64,000 nucleotides of DNA from an uncultured delta proteobacterium (GTDB lineage: Bacteria > Desulfobacterota > Desulfuromonadia > Desulfuromonadales > JACZKF01), in assembly GCA_963816395.1 (NCBI GenBank), contig CAWFKQ010000005.1, positions 160,001 to 224,000 on the forward strand, read 5' to 3'. The position numbers and the translations under genes are program-made. Below the pieces are notes generated by a model, which made no database searches, was not told the origin of the DNA, and was given only the letters and a program-made list of their open reading frames with translations. Each line of letters opens with the position of its first letter. The stretch's first letter is position 1. Of the stretch, positions 34,927 through 46,056 are shown in pieces.

Positions 34927-36081
34927 TCACTGGTTTGACTTGAGAAAAATTTTCCGGAAGCCACTGAGGAAGCCTGTTTTCCGTTGTACGGGAACATCGA
35001 ACCTGGGCATGTTCAGAACGACGTCGATCTCCGGATTTTTTCTGGTGCCGGTTCCGGCGGCCATTACGGCATTGCTGATTTCCCGCACAGAGGATTCGAA
35101 CTGATCGAGTTGCCGATTCAGACTGTCGATTTCCGCCTGCCCGGCCGGGGGCGTTTGCGTCTCCGGCTGAGAGAGTTCTACCGCTGGCGGAGTGGGGGAA
35201 GCGGTTGCCTTTTCCGCCGGCTTGGTCGGCTTCGCCGCCGCCGGCCGCACTGGTGACTTCCTGGGGAAGAACTGGCCCTCGAACTGGGGATCGTCCGCCA
35301 GGTCCGCTACCATTTCTTCCTCTATGACCCTGGTCCCTTCGGCGAAAGCGGACAGCAGGAGGAAATCGCAGAGAATATTGATCAACCGCGGAACCCCGCC
35401 GGTATACTCAAAGATCAGATCCAGGGCGGCGCCGGCAAAGACGACCGCTTCCCGGTTACCGGCAATTTCCAGACGATGGAAGATATAGTTTTCCGCCTCC
35501 TGCCGGTGCAGCGACTGCAGGTGGCAATGGATGCCGATACGCTGACGCAGCTGGCGCAATTCCGGTACCGAGAGGATCTTTTTCAGCTCCGGCTGCCCGA
35601 CCAGAACGATCTGCAGCAGCTTGGCATCGTTGGTCTCCAGGTTGGAGAGGAGGCGCAGCTCCTCCAGGGAGTCGATGCTGAGGTTCTGGGCCTCATCGAC
35701 GATCAGCACCGACCTGCGGTTCATGCCGAACTGCTCGATGAGAAAATGATAAAGGTCCTTGAGCAGCTGGACTTTGTTCCGCCCCTCGGTCGGCAGGCCG
35801 AAATCGTCGTTGATCGTTGCCAGCAGTTCAATCGAGCTCAGTTTGGTGTTGAATACCTTGGAGACCTGGACGTCCGGGCCGAGATTGCGGAGAAGGTTCC
35901 GGATGATGGTCGTCTTCCCCGCCCCCACTTCTCCGGTCAGCAGGACAAAGCCGGAATTCTCCTTCATCGCATAGTCCAGGTAGACGCCGACCTTGCTGTG
36001 CGTCCGGCTCAGATACAGGAACTCCGGGTTGGGCACCAGTTCGAACGGCTTCTTCTCCAGGCCGAAAAAGGGCTCATACAT
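34927..36081 (-). CDS. PEP-CTERM-associated ExeA-like ATPase
   Basis: MYEPFFGL..PF..P, GEVGAGKT, IVDEAQNL, LVGQPEL and GGVPRLIN. Confidence 0.92.
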   Translation of the reverse strand: MYEPFFGLEKKPFELVPNPEFLYLSRTHSKVGVYLDYAMKENSGFVLLTGEVGAGKTTIIRNLLRNLGPDVQVSKVFNTKLSSIELLATINDDFGLPTEGRNKVQLLKDLYHFLIEQFGMNRRSVLIVDEAQNLSIDSLEELRLLSNLETNDAKLLQIVLVGQPELKKILSVPELRQLRQRIGIHCHLQSLHRQEAENYIFHRLEIAGNREAVVFAGAALDLIFEYTGGVPRLINILCDFLLLSAFAEGTRVIEEEMVADLADDPQFEGQFFPRKSPVRPAAAKPTKPAEKATASPTPPAVELSQPETQTPPAGQAEIDSLNRQLDQFESSVREISNAVMAAGTGTRKNPEIDVVLNMPRFDVPVQRKTGFLSGFRKIFLKSNQ

Positions 36082-36083
36082 CT

Positions 36084-36954
36084 TCAGTAACCGTGATAGT
36101 AGTAGTGATAGCGGCCGCTCAGAGATTCGTTGCGGACGTGATTGTAGACCAGCCCGACCACCTTCTTCCGGTGGATGGCATTGAGGGCATCATCGATATG
36201 CCGCAGGGAAACCGACCCCTCTTTGACGACGAAGATCACCCCGTCGACATAGGTGCTCAGGGAACGGGTTTCGGCCACCGGCAGCACCGGCGGCGTGTCG
36301 ATGATGACGAAGCGGTCGGGATAGCGAGTCTTCATCTCATGGACCAGCGCCTTCATCCGCTGGGCTCCCAGCAGCTCCGCCGGGTTTTCCACTTCTCGCC
36401 CGGCAGGGATAAACGAGAGCTTGCCGATGCTGGTGCGGATAAGGACGCTGGAAAGATCGAGTCCGTCGCAGAGGCAATCGGCCAGCCCGGCTTTTGGGCT
36501 GAGATGGAAGTACTTGTGAATGCTCGGCTTGCGCAGGTCCGCATCGACCAGGAGAACGGTATGGTCGTATTCCTGGGCCAGGGTAATGGCCAGATTGATG
36601 GCCGTCAGGCTCTTCCCTTCTCCGCTGAGCGAACTGGTGACCATCAGGGTCTTTTTCATATCCCCTTGGCGCACCATGTTGACGATGGTGGACTTGACCT
36701 TGCGGAATTCCTCGGCAATCGGCGAGCGAGGGTCGTTATAGGTGACGATCATCGGATGATCGATCTGCAGATTCTGCACGGGAGAGCCATTCTGGCCTTT
36801 TCGCGGCGGCGGCCTTGGCGGCGACCGCCTCCCCTTCCCCACGCAGTTCGGCAACCCGTTCCATCGATTGCTCAAGCCGGGAGGAAGCCGCGCCGGACTC
36901 TTTCCCTCCCCGCAACTCAGCTGCTTTTTCCAGTGCTTCATCGATTCGGCTCAC
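36084..36954 (-). CDS. Polysaccharide biosynthesis tyrosine autokinase, frameshifted near the 5' end
   Basis: MSRIDEALEKA start, GEGKS, DADLRKP, DTPP and a C-terminal Tyr cluster YHYYYHGY. Confidence 0.92.
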
Positions 36955-36966
36955 GGCTTCCTCCTG

Positions 36967-38499
36967 CTAGAGAATGTTGCGGAACAGTCCGCCGAGATCA
37001 GCCACCTGCTGCCGGAAGTGCATAGATCGCAGGAGTTTGTCCATCAACGGCGCATCGACCATCTGCAGGAACTCGTAACCGAGCACCAGGAAGTAGCCGA
37101 GCAGATAGACGGCCACGCATACCGTCAGGGTGACGGCCTGCTGCCGTTGGCGAAGTTGATCCTCAGTGGTGGTGAACTGGGGGATAAGGGCGAGCACGGG
37201 CAGGCCCAGCTCCTGCACCGTATCGATGCTCTTGACCGAGGAATCGAAGTAATGCAGGGCGTAGATGACGCCGAAGCCGGCGCCCAGGGCCGCGAGCAGG
37301 CTCATCAGAAGGATCGCCACCCGGTTCGGGCTGACCGGCCGCTCCGGCAGAATGGCCGCGTCGACGATGCGGAAGGCATCGACTTTGTCCTGGATCTCCA
37401 TCTGCTTGGAGAGCTCGGATTTGCCGTAGCGCAGCACCAGTTGGTCATAGGTATTTTTGTAGGTGTCGCGGTCACGCAGCAGTTCGTTGTAGATCTTGTG
37501 CTTCTCGGGCAAGGTGGCGAGAATGGCTTTTTTCTCTTCCAGACTCTTCTTGAGGGTCTCTTCCTTGCGCACCAGGGCATTGAGCTCGATATTGAGCAGC
37601 GTCCCTTCCATGCTGGCGTCCTCGGCAATCCGCGGGGCTTTCTCTCCTTTCCCGCTGGCCTTTATCGCCTGCCGGATCTGCTCTATCTCGGCATTGATCA
37701 GAATCACCTCGGGATAGTTATCGGTATAGACCAGCAGCAACTGGTCCCGCCTTCTCTGCAGATCCGCCAGGTGCTCCGCCGAGGTTCCGCCCTGGGTGCT
37801 TCCCCGATTGAGCAGCGACTTTTTGGCCTGCAGGGCCGTTTTCTGGGTTTCCAGCTCGTTCAGCATCGCCTCGCCCTGGCGAATCTCGGTCAGCAGGTAG
37901 CTGTCGTCGTTGAATACCGCGTAACTCTCCTGCTGTTTGAACTGCGCCAGACGGCCTTCCGCTTCCTGAATCTTGCTGCGAAAATGCTCCATCTGTTCCG
38001 ACAGGAAGCGGTTGGCGCCGTAGGATTCCTGTCGATTGGCCGACAGGTTCTGCTCGATGTACTTTTGAATCAGGGTGTTCACGTAATCCCTGGCCAGGCG
38101 CGGATTACTGTTGGCGTACTGGATAATGAATAGATCTTTATCCTTGATGGTAATTTTGGTGTTCTTCTGAAAATCTTTGATCAAGCTGTTGGTGTTGTTC
38201 TTGTCAACCAGATCGACATCCAGGGCATCGATCACTTTCAGCAGAAGATTCCGGCTGCCCAGCATCTGGCTCAGGACCTTGAGACGTCCCTCGAGTGACT
38301 GGGTAATCGCGATCCCTTCGACAAGATCGTTAATGACGCTTTTCTCGATGAAAACCGTCGACTGGGCTTCATACTTCTGAGGCCAAAGATAGGTCGTAAC
38401 GATTCCTACCGTGCAAACCGCAATGGCAATGATGGTGAACAGAATTTTCTTCTGCAGAATGATGTTCAGATACGTCCTGTAATCGATTTCCCCGGCCAT
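36967..38499 (-). CDS. Polysaccharide chain-length determinant (Wzz/GumC-like)
   Basis: N-terminal TM, coiled coil, YTDNYPEV, PVSPNR and C-terminal TMs. Confidence 0.92.
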   Translation of the reverse strand: MAGEIDYRTYLNIILQKKILFTIIAIAVCTVGIVTTYLWPQKYEAQSTVFIEKSVINDLVEGIAITQSLEGRLKVLSQMLGSRNLLLKVIDALDVDLVDKNNTNSLIKDFQKNTKITIKDKDLFIIQYANSNPRLARDYVNTLIQKYIEQNLSANRQESYGANRFLSEQMEHFRSKIQEAEGRLAQFKQQESYAVFNDDSYLLTEIRQGEAMLNELETQKTALQAKKSLLNRGSTQGGTSAEHLADLQRRRDQLLLVYTDNYPEVILINAEIEQIRQAIKASGKGEKAPRIAEDASMEGTLLNIELNALVRKEETLKKSLEEKKAILATLPEKHKIYNELLRDRDTYKNTYDQLVLRYGKSELSKQMEIQDKVDAFRIVDAAILPERPVSPNRVAILLMSLLAALGAGFGVIYALHYFDSSVKSIDTVQELGLPVLALIPQFTTTEDQLRQRQQAVTLTVCVAVYLLGYFLVLGYEFLQMVDAPLMDKLLRSMHFRQQVADLGGLFRNIL

Positions 38500-38511
38500 T
38501 CCCGTTCTCCC

Positions 38512-39318
38512 TTAGAAAAGACCTTCTTTAACGATGATGTAATCCCCGACGTTAAGCTTGACGTTCTGGCTCAGGTCGCCGTCTTCCATAAGGTCCTTCA
38601 TTTTGACGGCGATCGACTTCTTCTGTCCCTCCGCATCTCTGAGAATGAGGGTGTCGTTCGGCTTGGCAAATCTGTTGAACCCTCCCGCCTGAAGAATCGC
38701 TTCCATCACCGTCAGTCCCTCCCGGTATTCGATGAAGCGGGGAGAATTGACAGCGCCCAGGACATAGACGTTCTTTTCTTCGACGATCGGAATGAAGATC
38801 ACATCGTTGCTCTCCAGGACGATATCTTCGGCGGCATTACCCTTGAGAAAGAGTTGCTCGAACCCGGTCTTGATCTTCTTGCCGTCCCGCAGAACATAGG
38901 ACCTCTTGAGATCGGCATTGGTGAAATCGGAGATCTGGCAGAGAAGCTCCAGCAGAGTGGTCCGGCGGGTGAGGTCAAAGACACCGGAAGAGACACCGCC
39001 ACCGAAAATGTGCACCTGATTGTTGGTGATCTGCCGGACCGAAACGGTGACGATGGGGTTTTTGACCAGGGTCTTCAACCCATCTTCCAGCAGGAGTTGC
39101 AACCGGTGGGGGGTTTTTGCGGTGGCGGTAACCTCGCCCAGACCAGGAACCGTGATCTTCCCATCCGGCCGGACGATCGCCGAAAAACTCAGTTCCTTCA
39201 CTCCCCAGACGGAGACATCGAGTACATCGCCGTCGCCGATGACGTAATCACCGGCCCGGGCCCCCGGAACCACTGTGACCAGGAGCAGCAGAATGACCGC
39301 CAGAAAACGTAACTTCAT
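38512..39318 (-). CDS. wza: Polysaccharide export protein (Wza-like)
   Basis: YVIGDGDVL, VRPDGKIT and SLBB repeats (GAVNSP..AGG). Confidence 0.9.
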   Translation of the reverse strand: MKLRFLAVILLLLVTVVPGARAGDYVIGDGDVLDVSVWGVKELSFSAIVRPDGKITVPGLGEVTATAKTPHRLQLLLEDGLKTLVKNPIVTVSVRQITNNQVHIFGGGVSSGVFDLTRRTTLLELLCQISDFTNADLKRSYVLRDGKKIKTGFEQLFLKGNAAEDIVLESNDVIFIPIVEEKNVYVLGAVNSPRFIEYREGLTVMEAILQAGGFNRFAKPNDTLILRDAEGQKKSIAVKMKDLMEDGDLSQNVKLNVGDYIIVKEGLF

Positions 39319-39367
39319 TGTTGCCTCCTCTTGTTTCTTACCATCCAGAGACCTCTCCGGATGGGAA

Positions 39368-40721
39368 CTACCTGGCGCCGCGACCGAAAAGAACGACCTT
39401 GATGGTCTCCAGGATGATCATCAGGTCGAGAAAGAGCGAATAGTTCTTGATGTAGTAAAGGTCATACCGCAGCTTCTCAACGGCATCCTCAATGGAGGCG
39501 CCGTAGGAGTACTTGATCTGGGCCCAGCCGGTGGCGCCCGGCTTGACGCTGTGCCGGTTGGAGTAGTAGGGAATCTCCTTCTTGAGATTCTCCACGAATT
39601 CAGGTCGTTCGGGACGTGGACCGACCAGGCTCATGTCGCCGCGTATGATGTTTAATAACTGCGGCATTTCATCGAGGCGGGTCTTACGCAGCCAGCGCCC
39701 GACCCGGGTGATCCGCGGATCGTTTTCCACGGCCCAGACGGCGCCGGTGGTTTTTTCGGCATTCCGGTGCATGGTGCGGAATTTATAGAGGGTGAAGTTC
39801 TGCTCACCTTTGCCGACTCTTACCTGCTTGAAAAACACCGGTCCCTCCGAATCGGCCTTGATCAATAGGGAAACCAGGGGCAGCAGCAGCCCGCCCAGAA
39901 GGATGCCGATGCTGGCGAACACCAGGTCGATGGCGCGTTTGCAAAAGCGGGTAAATAGCGTCAACCGCGCGTTGCCGGAGAAGATGAACCAGCTGGGGTG
40001 GATTTTCTCCACCATCAACTTGCCGGTGATCTGTTCATAAAAGGACATGGCATCAACGATCTCTATGCCGCTCAGTTTGCAGCCGAGAATTTCCCGAACC
40101 GGCAGAACTCCCCGCCGCTCAGTGAGTGAAATGACAATTTTGTCGACTTTCTCCCGGATCGCCAGTTTGGTAAGGGACTCGTCACCGAATTTCCCGCCTT
40201 CCCCGTCCGCTTCATTGCTCGGCCGTATCAGCCCGGCCAGCACGTAATCGTGGGGTCCGGCGGCGAGCAGTCTGGCGATCTGGTCCGTCACTGGTCCGCC
40301 GCCCAGGATCAGGATCTTCTCGGCCATCCCCGGAATCTTGAACAGCAGATGGAAACCGCTGTGGAAGATAAATTGCAGCACCCCGAAGATGATGAGGGCA
40401 AGGGCAAAGGCAACCCGCGGCGGACCGAGGCGGGGGAGGAAATAATAGAAGCCGGCAAGAACAATAAAGGCCAGGCCCAGGGCGGCGAGGATGCGCAGGA
40501 ACAGTTCGCTCTTGCGCTGCTGAATGCCTCCGTTGTAAAGCTCCGCCAGGTAACCGGTAATTATGACCGCCGCGATAAAGAGGACGATTTGCCATAGGTC
40601 TGCCGGTAAAAAATTCTCCCCCGGCCAGCGAAATCCGCGACCGCAAGGGCCATCCGCAGCCATAGGCAAGGACGGCCAGGGAGGCATCTCCTCCCATCAG
40701 GATCAGCAGGGTCTTGCTCAT
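39368..40721 (-). CDS. PEP-CTERM-system priming sugar transferase (undecaprenyl-phosphate glycosylphosphotransferase), 5' frameshift
   Basis: KRAID, YKFRTM, DPRIT, RLDEMPQ, GPRPERP and GATGWAQ. Confidence 0.92.
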
Positions 40722-43399
40722 AATTTGCCAGCCGAAACTTTCCCCGAGAGCTTTTGCAGCATGGCTCTTGCCTGGTCTGCCTCCGGAAACGACCCTTTGG
40801 CCAAGGCATAGCGCAAAGACCGGAGAGAATGTTCGATTTTCCCCTGTCGCTCATAAATGAGGGCCAGATGGTACTGGATGGTTGGCATGTCGGGGAGGAG
40901 GGTCGCAGCCTTTTCCAGCACCTGACAGGCTTCGGCGGTGCGTCCGTTGCTGAACAGGACATACCCCATGGTGTCGAGAACCCAGGGATTCTCCGGCTGC
41001 ATCCGGTAGGCCCGCGAGGCCAGTTCCAGGGCTTCTTGCCGGTGCTCGGACGATTCGGCGTAGCAGTAGGCAAGATTGTTCAGGGCCGGGGCGAAATCGG
41101 CATTGTGCGCTAAGGCCTGCCGATAGAGACGGATCGCCTGCTCTCGCTTACCTAGCCGCTCATACACCGCGCCAAGGGCAAAGAGGGCTGGGTAGCAGTC
41201 CGGCTGCGCCTGGGAAATCCCTTCATAGGTTTGCACCGCCGCCTGCAGGTTGCCGCTCTTCTCGTACAGCTCGCCCAGGCGCAGGCGGAGGGGAAGGTTA
41301 TTGTCGATACGCCGGGCGGCTTCTTTGAGAAGGGTGATCGCCTCGCCGAGTTGCCCCGCCTTTTCCTGTACGGACGAGAGACAAAGGTATCCGAGAGGCA
41401 CCCCCGGGAATTGCCGGATCAGTCGCTGCGATACCTCCGCGGCTTTTTCGTTGTCGCCCTGCTGAAGGTAGGCTTCAGTCAGCAGCCCCGCCCCTCTGCC
41501 GGGGGCAAGCCGGTCGAGCAGGGTAAAGGTTTCAATTGCCGCCTGGAACTGTCGGGCAGCCAACTGTATCCTCCCCTTCAGCTCACAGGCGGAGGTGTTT
41601 TTGGGATCTTTCCGGATTAATTCATCTAAAGTTGCTATTGCCTCCGCGGTCTTGCCCGCTCGCTGGAGATAGTTGGCCAAGCCCAGATAGCCAGCGGCCT
41701 GGCCGGAATCTTTGGCCTGCCGGTACCACCCTGCCGCCGCCTCTTCCTGCCCGGCAAGTTCAGAGGTCAGACCGAGCAGCAGCAGGGGCTTAAGCGCACC
41801 GGGTTGCCTGCCCAGAATGCTCCGATATTCGGCTATGCTCTTCGGGAAGTCGCCTTTGCCGGCGTAATAGGCCGCCAGATTGTAATAGGGGGTCAGATAG
41901 TCCGGTTTCAGCTCTTTGGCCTTCAGCAGGCACTCGACCCCTTGATCGAAATTTCTCTCACCGAAATAGGAGGCAGCCAGATAATTGTAGAAAAGGGCAT
42001 CACTTTCCTTTCCGGTCAGCCCTTCCCGGAGGATCCGGATAGCTTCTGGATAGTTCTTCTGCTGCAGATAATACCGGGCCAGAACGAGGCGGATATCCGG
42101 GATTTCCGGTGCGATCGCCAAGGCTTTGACCATGTTTCCCTCGGCTTGTTCCAAGTCTCCCGCCGAGAGATTGGACAACCCCTTTTTGAGGTATGCCTCG
42201 GCAAGGGTCGGGTTGAGGTCGATCGCCCGGTCGAACTCCTCCATCGCCTGATCGAGTTGCCCCTTGCTCAGGTAGGCGCTCCCCAGGGTGCTGTGGGCCA
42301 GGGCATTCTTCCCATCTTTTTCCAGTACCCGGCGGAGGGCGGCAATAGCGTCGTCGACCCGCTTCTGCCGCAACAGGATTGCTGCCAGGACGATCCTCGG
42401 CTGCGCTGCATCGGGCTGGTGATCGAGTATCCGCTGGAACTGGTTGATGGCCATTTCCAGGTGCCCCAGCTTGTAGTAGCTCATCCCCAGCATGTACCAG
42501 GTCAGCAGGTCGGGCCGCTGTTCGGCAACTTTCTGCAGATCGTTAACCGCCGCCTCGATATCCCCCCGCAGATAACAGACGTACCCTTTCAGTTGCCGGC
42601 CCTGCGGTTGCCCGGGAAATTTCTCCAGGAGTTGTCCGGCCAGGGCGTCGGCGTCGTCGGTCTTTCCGTTTTCCAGAAGCAGCAGCCCGGCCATGTAGAG
42701 GGCGGTGGAGTTGCCGGGATCGAGTTCACTCACCCGCCGGTATAACCGCAGCGCCTGCTCGCGTTGACCGAACGAAGATTCGACCCTGGCGAGGAGAAAA
42801 TTGGCGGCGGCATTGTCGGGTTCCCTGGCAGTGAGCTCACGGAGCAGGACTCGGGCCTCTTCCCTCTTGCCAATGTGGAGCAGACAATCGGCCAGATCGA
42901 GGATCAGCGGTGCCTTTTGCGGAGCCAGCCGAAGCGCCTGGCGGAAACTTTTTTCCGCGGCATCCGTATCCCCCTTGAGCATGCAGGCTTTCCCCATCAA
43001 CTGCAGGGCGTCTACGCTGTCCGGATTTGCCTTCAGGTAACTGCCTATTTCTTGTACGGCCAGCTCAGGTCGCCGGGTCCGGTTGTACAGTTCCGCCAAT
43101 TTAAGCGGCAGTTCCGGAAAGGACGGGGACTGCATCGCCACTTTATGGAATTCCTTTTCGGCGATTTCAAACTTTCCCAACTGCAGGTACTCATCGGCCA
43201 GGTAGAATCTGGCCCGGTAATCGTTTGGATCTTTCTCCAGGACGCTTTTGAACAACACGATCGCCCCGTGATGGTTCTGCGCCAGTCGCTGTTCCAGACC
43301 CTGCTGCAAAAGATCTTCCTTGCTCGACCTGCTGCACCCTGCCGAGAAAAGGAGCAGACCAGCGCAGGCCCAAATGGCGGCGGAGAACAACTTTTTCAT
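40718..43399 (-). CDS. prsT: PEP-CTERM system TPR-repeat lipoprotein
   Basis: Lipobox FSAGC, about 890 aa of TPR repeats, ALNNLA and DTMG; first gene of the locus. Confidence 0.9.
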   Translation of the reverse strand: MKKLFSAAIWACAGLLLFSAGCSRSSKEDLLQQGLEQRLAQNHHGAIVLFKSVLEKDPNDYRARFYLADEYLQLGKFEIAEKEFHKVAMQSPSFPELPLKLAELYNRTRRPELAVQEIGSYLKANPDSVDALQLMGKACMLKGDTDAAEKSFRQALRLAPQKAPLILDLADCLLHIGKREEARVLLRELTAREPDNAAANFLLARVESSFGQREQALRLYRRVSELDPGNSTALYMAGLLLLENGKTDDADALAGQLLEKFPGQPQGRQLKGYVCYLRGDIEAAVNDLQKVAEQRPDLLTWYMLGMSYYKLGHLEMAINQFQRILDHQPDAAQPRIVLAAILLRQKRVDDAIAALRRVLEKDGKNALAHSTLGSAYLSKGQLDQAMEEFDRAIDLNPTLAEAYLKKGLSNLSAGDLEQAEGNMVKALAIAPEIPDIRLVLARYYLQQKNYPEAIRILREGLTGKESDALFYNYLAASYFGERNFDQGVECLLKAKELKPDYLTPYYNLAAYYAGKGDFPKSIAEYRSILGRQPGALKPLLLLGLTSELAGQEEAAAGWYRQAKDSGQAAGYLGLANYLQRAGKTAEAIATLDELIRKDPKNTSACELKGRIQLAARQFQAAIETFTLLDRLAPGRGAGLLTEAYLQQGDNEKAAEVSQRLIRQFPGVPLGYLCLSSVQEKAGQLGEAITLLKEAARRIDNNLPLRLRLGELYEKSGNLQAAVQTYEGISQAQPDCYPALFALGAVYERLGKREQAIRLYRQALAHNADFAPALNNLAYCYAESSEHRQEALELASRAYRMQPENPWVLDTMGYVLFSNGRTAEACQVLEKAATLLPDMPTIQYHLALIYERQGKIEHSLRSLRYALAKGSFPEADQARAMLQKLSGKVSAGKL

Positions 43400-43661
43400 C
43401 TCAATTCCTGAATTTGAGTGGATTCTATGTTTTTCCGACAGGTGTACTTTTGCCTTGCGCTCCGGGAGGAAGAAACGGAAGGCTTCCCGGATTTTGTGAA
43501 TTGCCTCTAATTTGTAGCAAAGCTTGCCGGTTTTTCAATGAGAAGAAGCAATTAATTTTATTTTTCGACACCGGTCTGCCTGCTCCCCGCCCAAAGTGTT
43601 TCCTTTGGTAACAAGAAATTCAGACGAGGGAGAAAATCCAGGAAAGGAGGGCGGGTTTATA

Positions 43662-45009
43662 TCACGGCCGCGGATCGAATCGGCAGGACTCCGACAAGCT
43701 GGAATCGACTCTTGAGTTGGGGGCAAGCTCTTTCAGTCTCTTGTAGAGGGTTTTTCGGGAAAGTCCGAGCATTTTCGCTGTGCGGGATTTGTTACCCCGA
43801 GATCTTTCTAAAGCCATCAGGATAGCGCTGGCCTCGATCTCCTTCAGCGTGCACGGTACGACAGCCGCCGGGCGGCAAGCCTGCCCGATAGACAGATGCT
43901 CCTCCCGGATTTCACCACCTCCGGCCTGACCGGCCGCCCGTTCCAACTCCGCATGGAACTGCCGGATATTGCCTGGCCAGGGGTGATCCTGCAAAAGGCG
44001 GACGGCCGCCGGAGAAATGAGCAGGTCCCGCCTCTCCCGGGCGGCGATCTCCTGGAGAAAGGCATAGGCCAACAGCGGGATGTCGGAACGTCGCTCGCGC
44101 AGGGGAGGGATGCTGAACCGAAAACGACCGATCATTGAAAGGAGAGGTGGGTGAAATTGCCCGGCCGCTGCCGCCTCGTTCAGGTCCAGGCTGGTCGAAG
44201 CGAGCAGGCGGAAGCCTGACCGTCCATCCGCTCGCCGGCTCTGTTTCTCCGCCGACAGCTGATGCGCCAGTCTGGCCTGTGACTCGGGATCAAGATATTC
44301 CACTCCGTCCAGGTACAGACTGCCACCGTCGGCCTCATTAAAAAAGCGGCGCCAGTCGAGCCCCTCCGAGCCGACCGCCGATCGCCATCCCGACTGCCCC
44401 TCAAAAATGACAAACGGCTTTTCCGCTCCTAAGAGCCAGTGGTGCAGTGCTCTGGCCAGCCGTTTCTTTCCCACTCCGACTTCACCGCACAGCAGCACGC
44501 TTTTTTCCTGGTCCCGGCTGGTTTCCATGACCCGTCGCAGTTCGTTGGATTTGCCGGCGTCGGGGAAGATTCTTCGGCAGGTATCCTCCCAGGCCTGCGC
44601 CCGCTTCAGGATGTCCAGTTCACGCCGAAGCCGTTTGTATTCGACTGCCCGGACGAGTATCCCTTTCAGCAGCGAGTACTCAGGGGGTTTGAGAAAATAG
44701 TAGTAGGCGCCCAGGGACAACGCCCAGGACGCCGCATCCTGCGATCCGTAAGAGGCCAGAAAAATCACCGCCACATCTGGAGAATTCCGCTGAACCTCAT
44801 CCAGCAGCTGAATCCCATCGATCGACTGGCATCTTCAGGTCGGTGATGACAACATCAACATCTTCGGCCTTCAGGATATTCCTGGCCGTGGCGGTGCTGG
44901 CCGCCAGCAACGTCTCGAACCCCTCATCAGCGAGAATCGCCGACAGGACCCGGACCGCACTGGCGTCGTCGTCCACGATCATAATCCTGCCGCCGGGGCT
45001 TCCCCGCAT
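43662..45009 (-). CDS. Degenerate NtrC-type response regulator (receiver, atypical AAA+, Fis HTH), frameshifted near 44820
   Basis: IVDDD/ITDLKMP/LKP receiver; GEVGVGKK; LYLDGV; WPGNIRQ; HTH GNKSRTAKMLGLSRKTLY. No GAFTGA. Confidence 0.85.
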
Positions 45010-45205
45010 TTGCCACCTCATAAAATTTTCAATGGGTTCGAAAACGTTACACAACCACAGCCGCATTCGCGCTGAGTTTTTCGATTTTTATCGGTTCGGG
45101 GGATCTATGTGGTCCGTGGGGAAAGTTAACTGAGCTACTAAATTAGTGTATATTAAGGTATCAAGTTGGAAGCAATTTGCAATGCAACGGATGGAAGTAT
45201 AAATT

Positions 45206-45298
45206 TGTCGGAGAACTTTACAGACTTCTCCAGCACCCCTCCCCTGTCCGAATTTATTCTGCATTTCCAATCGGTTATAGGCTGGCATGGGATTTGCT
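45206..45298 (+). promoter_or_regulatory. PEP-CTERM-box-like enhancer plus sigma54 promoter of PEP-CTERM gene 2
   Basis: TGTCGGAGAACTTTACA (45206-45222, TGT-N11-ACA) and TGGCATGGGATTTGCT (45283-45298). Confidence 0.8.
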
Positions 45299-45351
45299 AT
45301 TCTATGAGGGAAATTTAATTGCAACACTACACCAGGAAAAGGAGGAGACAA

Positions 45352-45956
45352 ATGAAGAAGGGTTGGAATCGGATGTTGATGGTCCTGTGCGTCATCATGT
45401 TGGTGACGGCGGGACAGGCGATCGGCGCGCCATTCCAGGGTTCGCTGCTGGCCGAAGGAAGCGGCGACTCCTACTGGACGTTCGGCAGTTCCGGGACGGC
45501 TGTATGACGATGACGGAAGAGATTGCCGCGTATGCCACCGAAATCAGCTGTGGCTATTCAGCGGCGACAAATCCTTGCAGCTGTTCACGGGTGCCAATGA
45601 GGTACCAGACCAGATCACGATCAATCTGGCGGACGTGAAAAACACAGCTCGGTTCGCGAAATTCGGCGTTTACCTCGTCTCCCCCGACCAAGGCGGGCAG
45701 ACCTTCTACAGCGATAGTTCCCTGAACTCCGACAGCATCGATCACATGCTGGCGTACAACGACAACGGCGAAATGTACTTTGGCTTTGAAGATCTGCTCG
45801 GCGGCGGCGACAAGGATTATGACGACATGGTGTTCCGCGTCGACGGGCTTGTCCCTAGGCACGCAACCGGCGCCGGTGCCGGAACCGGCCACCCTGCTCC
45901 TGCTTGGCTCCGGCCTGCTCGGCCTGGCCTCCTGCCGGAAAGGCAAAAAAGTCTGA
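45352..45956 (+). CDS. PEP-CTERM protein with a DUF4114-like domain, frameshifted
   Basis: Signal peptide; YFGFEDLLGGGDKDYDDMVF; reconstructed PVPEPATLLLLGSGLLGLASCRKGKKV*. Confidence 0.88.
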
Positions 45957-45979
45957 TCCGGCAACAAGATCACAAACTC

Positions 45980-46014
45980 AGAGGCGGTGTCCGGGAGACA
46001 CCGCCTCTTTTTTT
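45980..46014 (+). terminator. Intrinsic terminator
   Basis: agaggcggtgtc-cggga-gacaccgcctct followed by a T-run. Confidence 0.9.
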
Positions 46015-46056
46015 CACCGCGGCCTTTGCGTCAGTTTTCCCGACACTCCGGGAAAA

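Noticed and set aside
43515..43613. sigma54 promoter plus TGT-N11-ACA (43597-43613) upstream of prsT
   Set aside because: The candidate CGGCAAGCTTTGCT has GG-N8-GC spacing rather than N10. It is plausible only if bases are missing, so it is not called.
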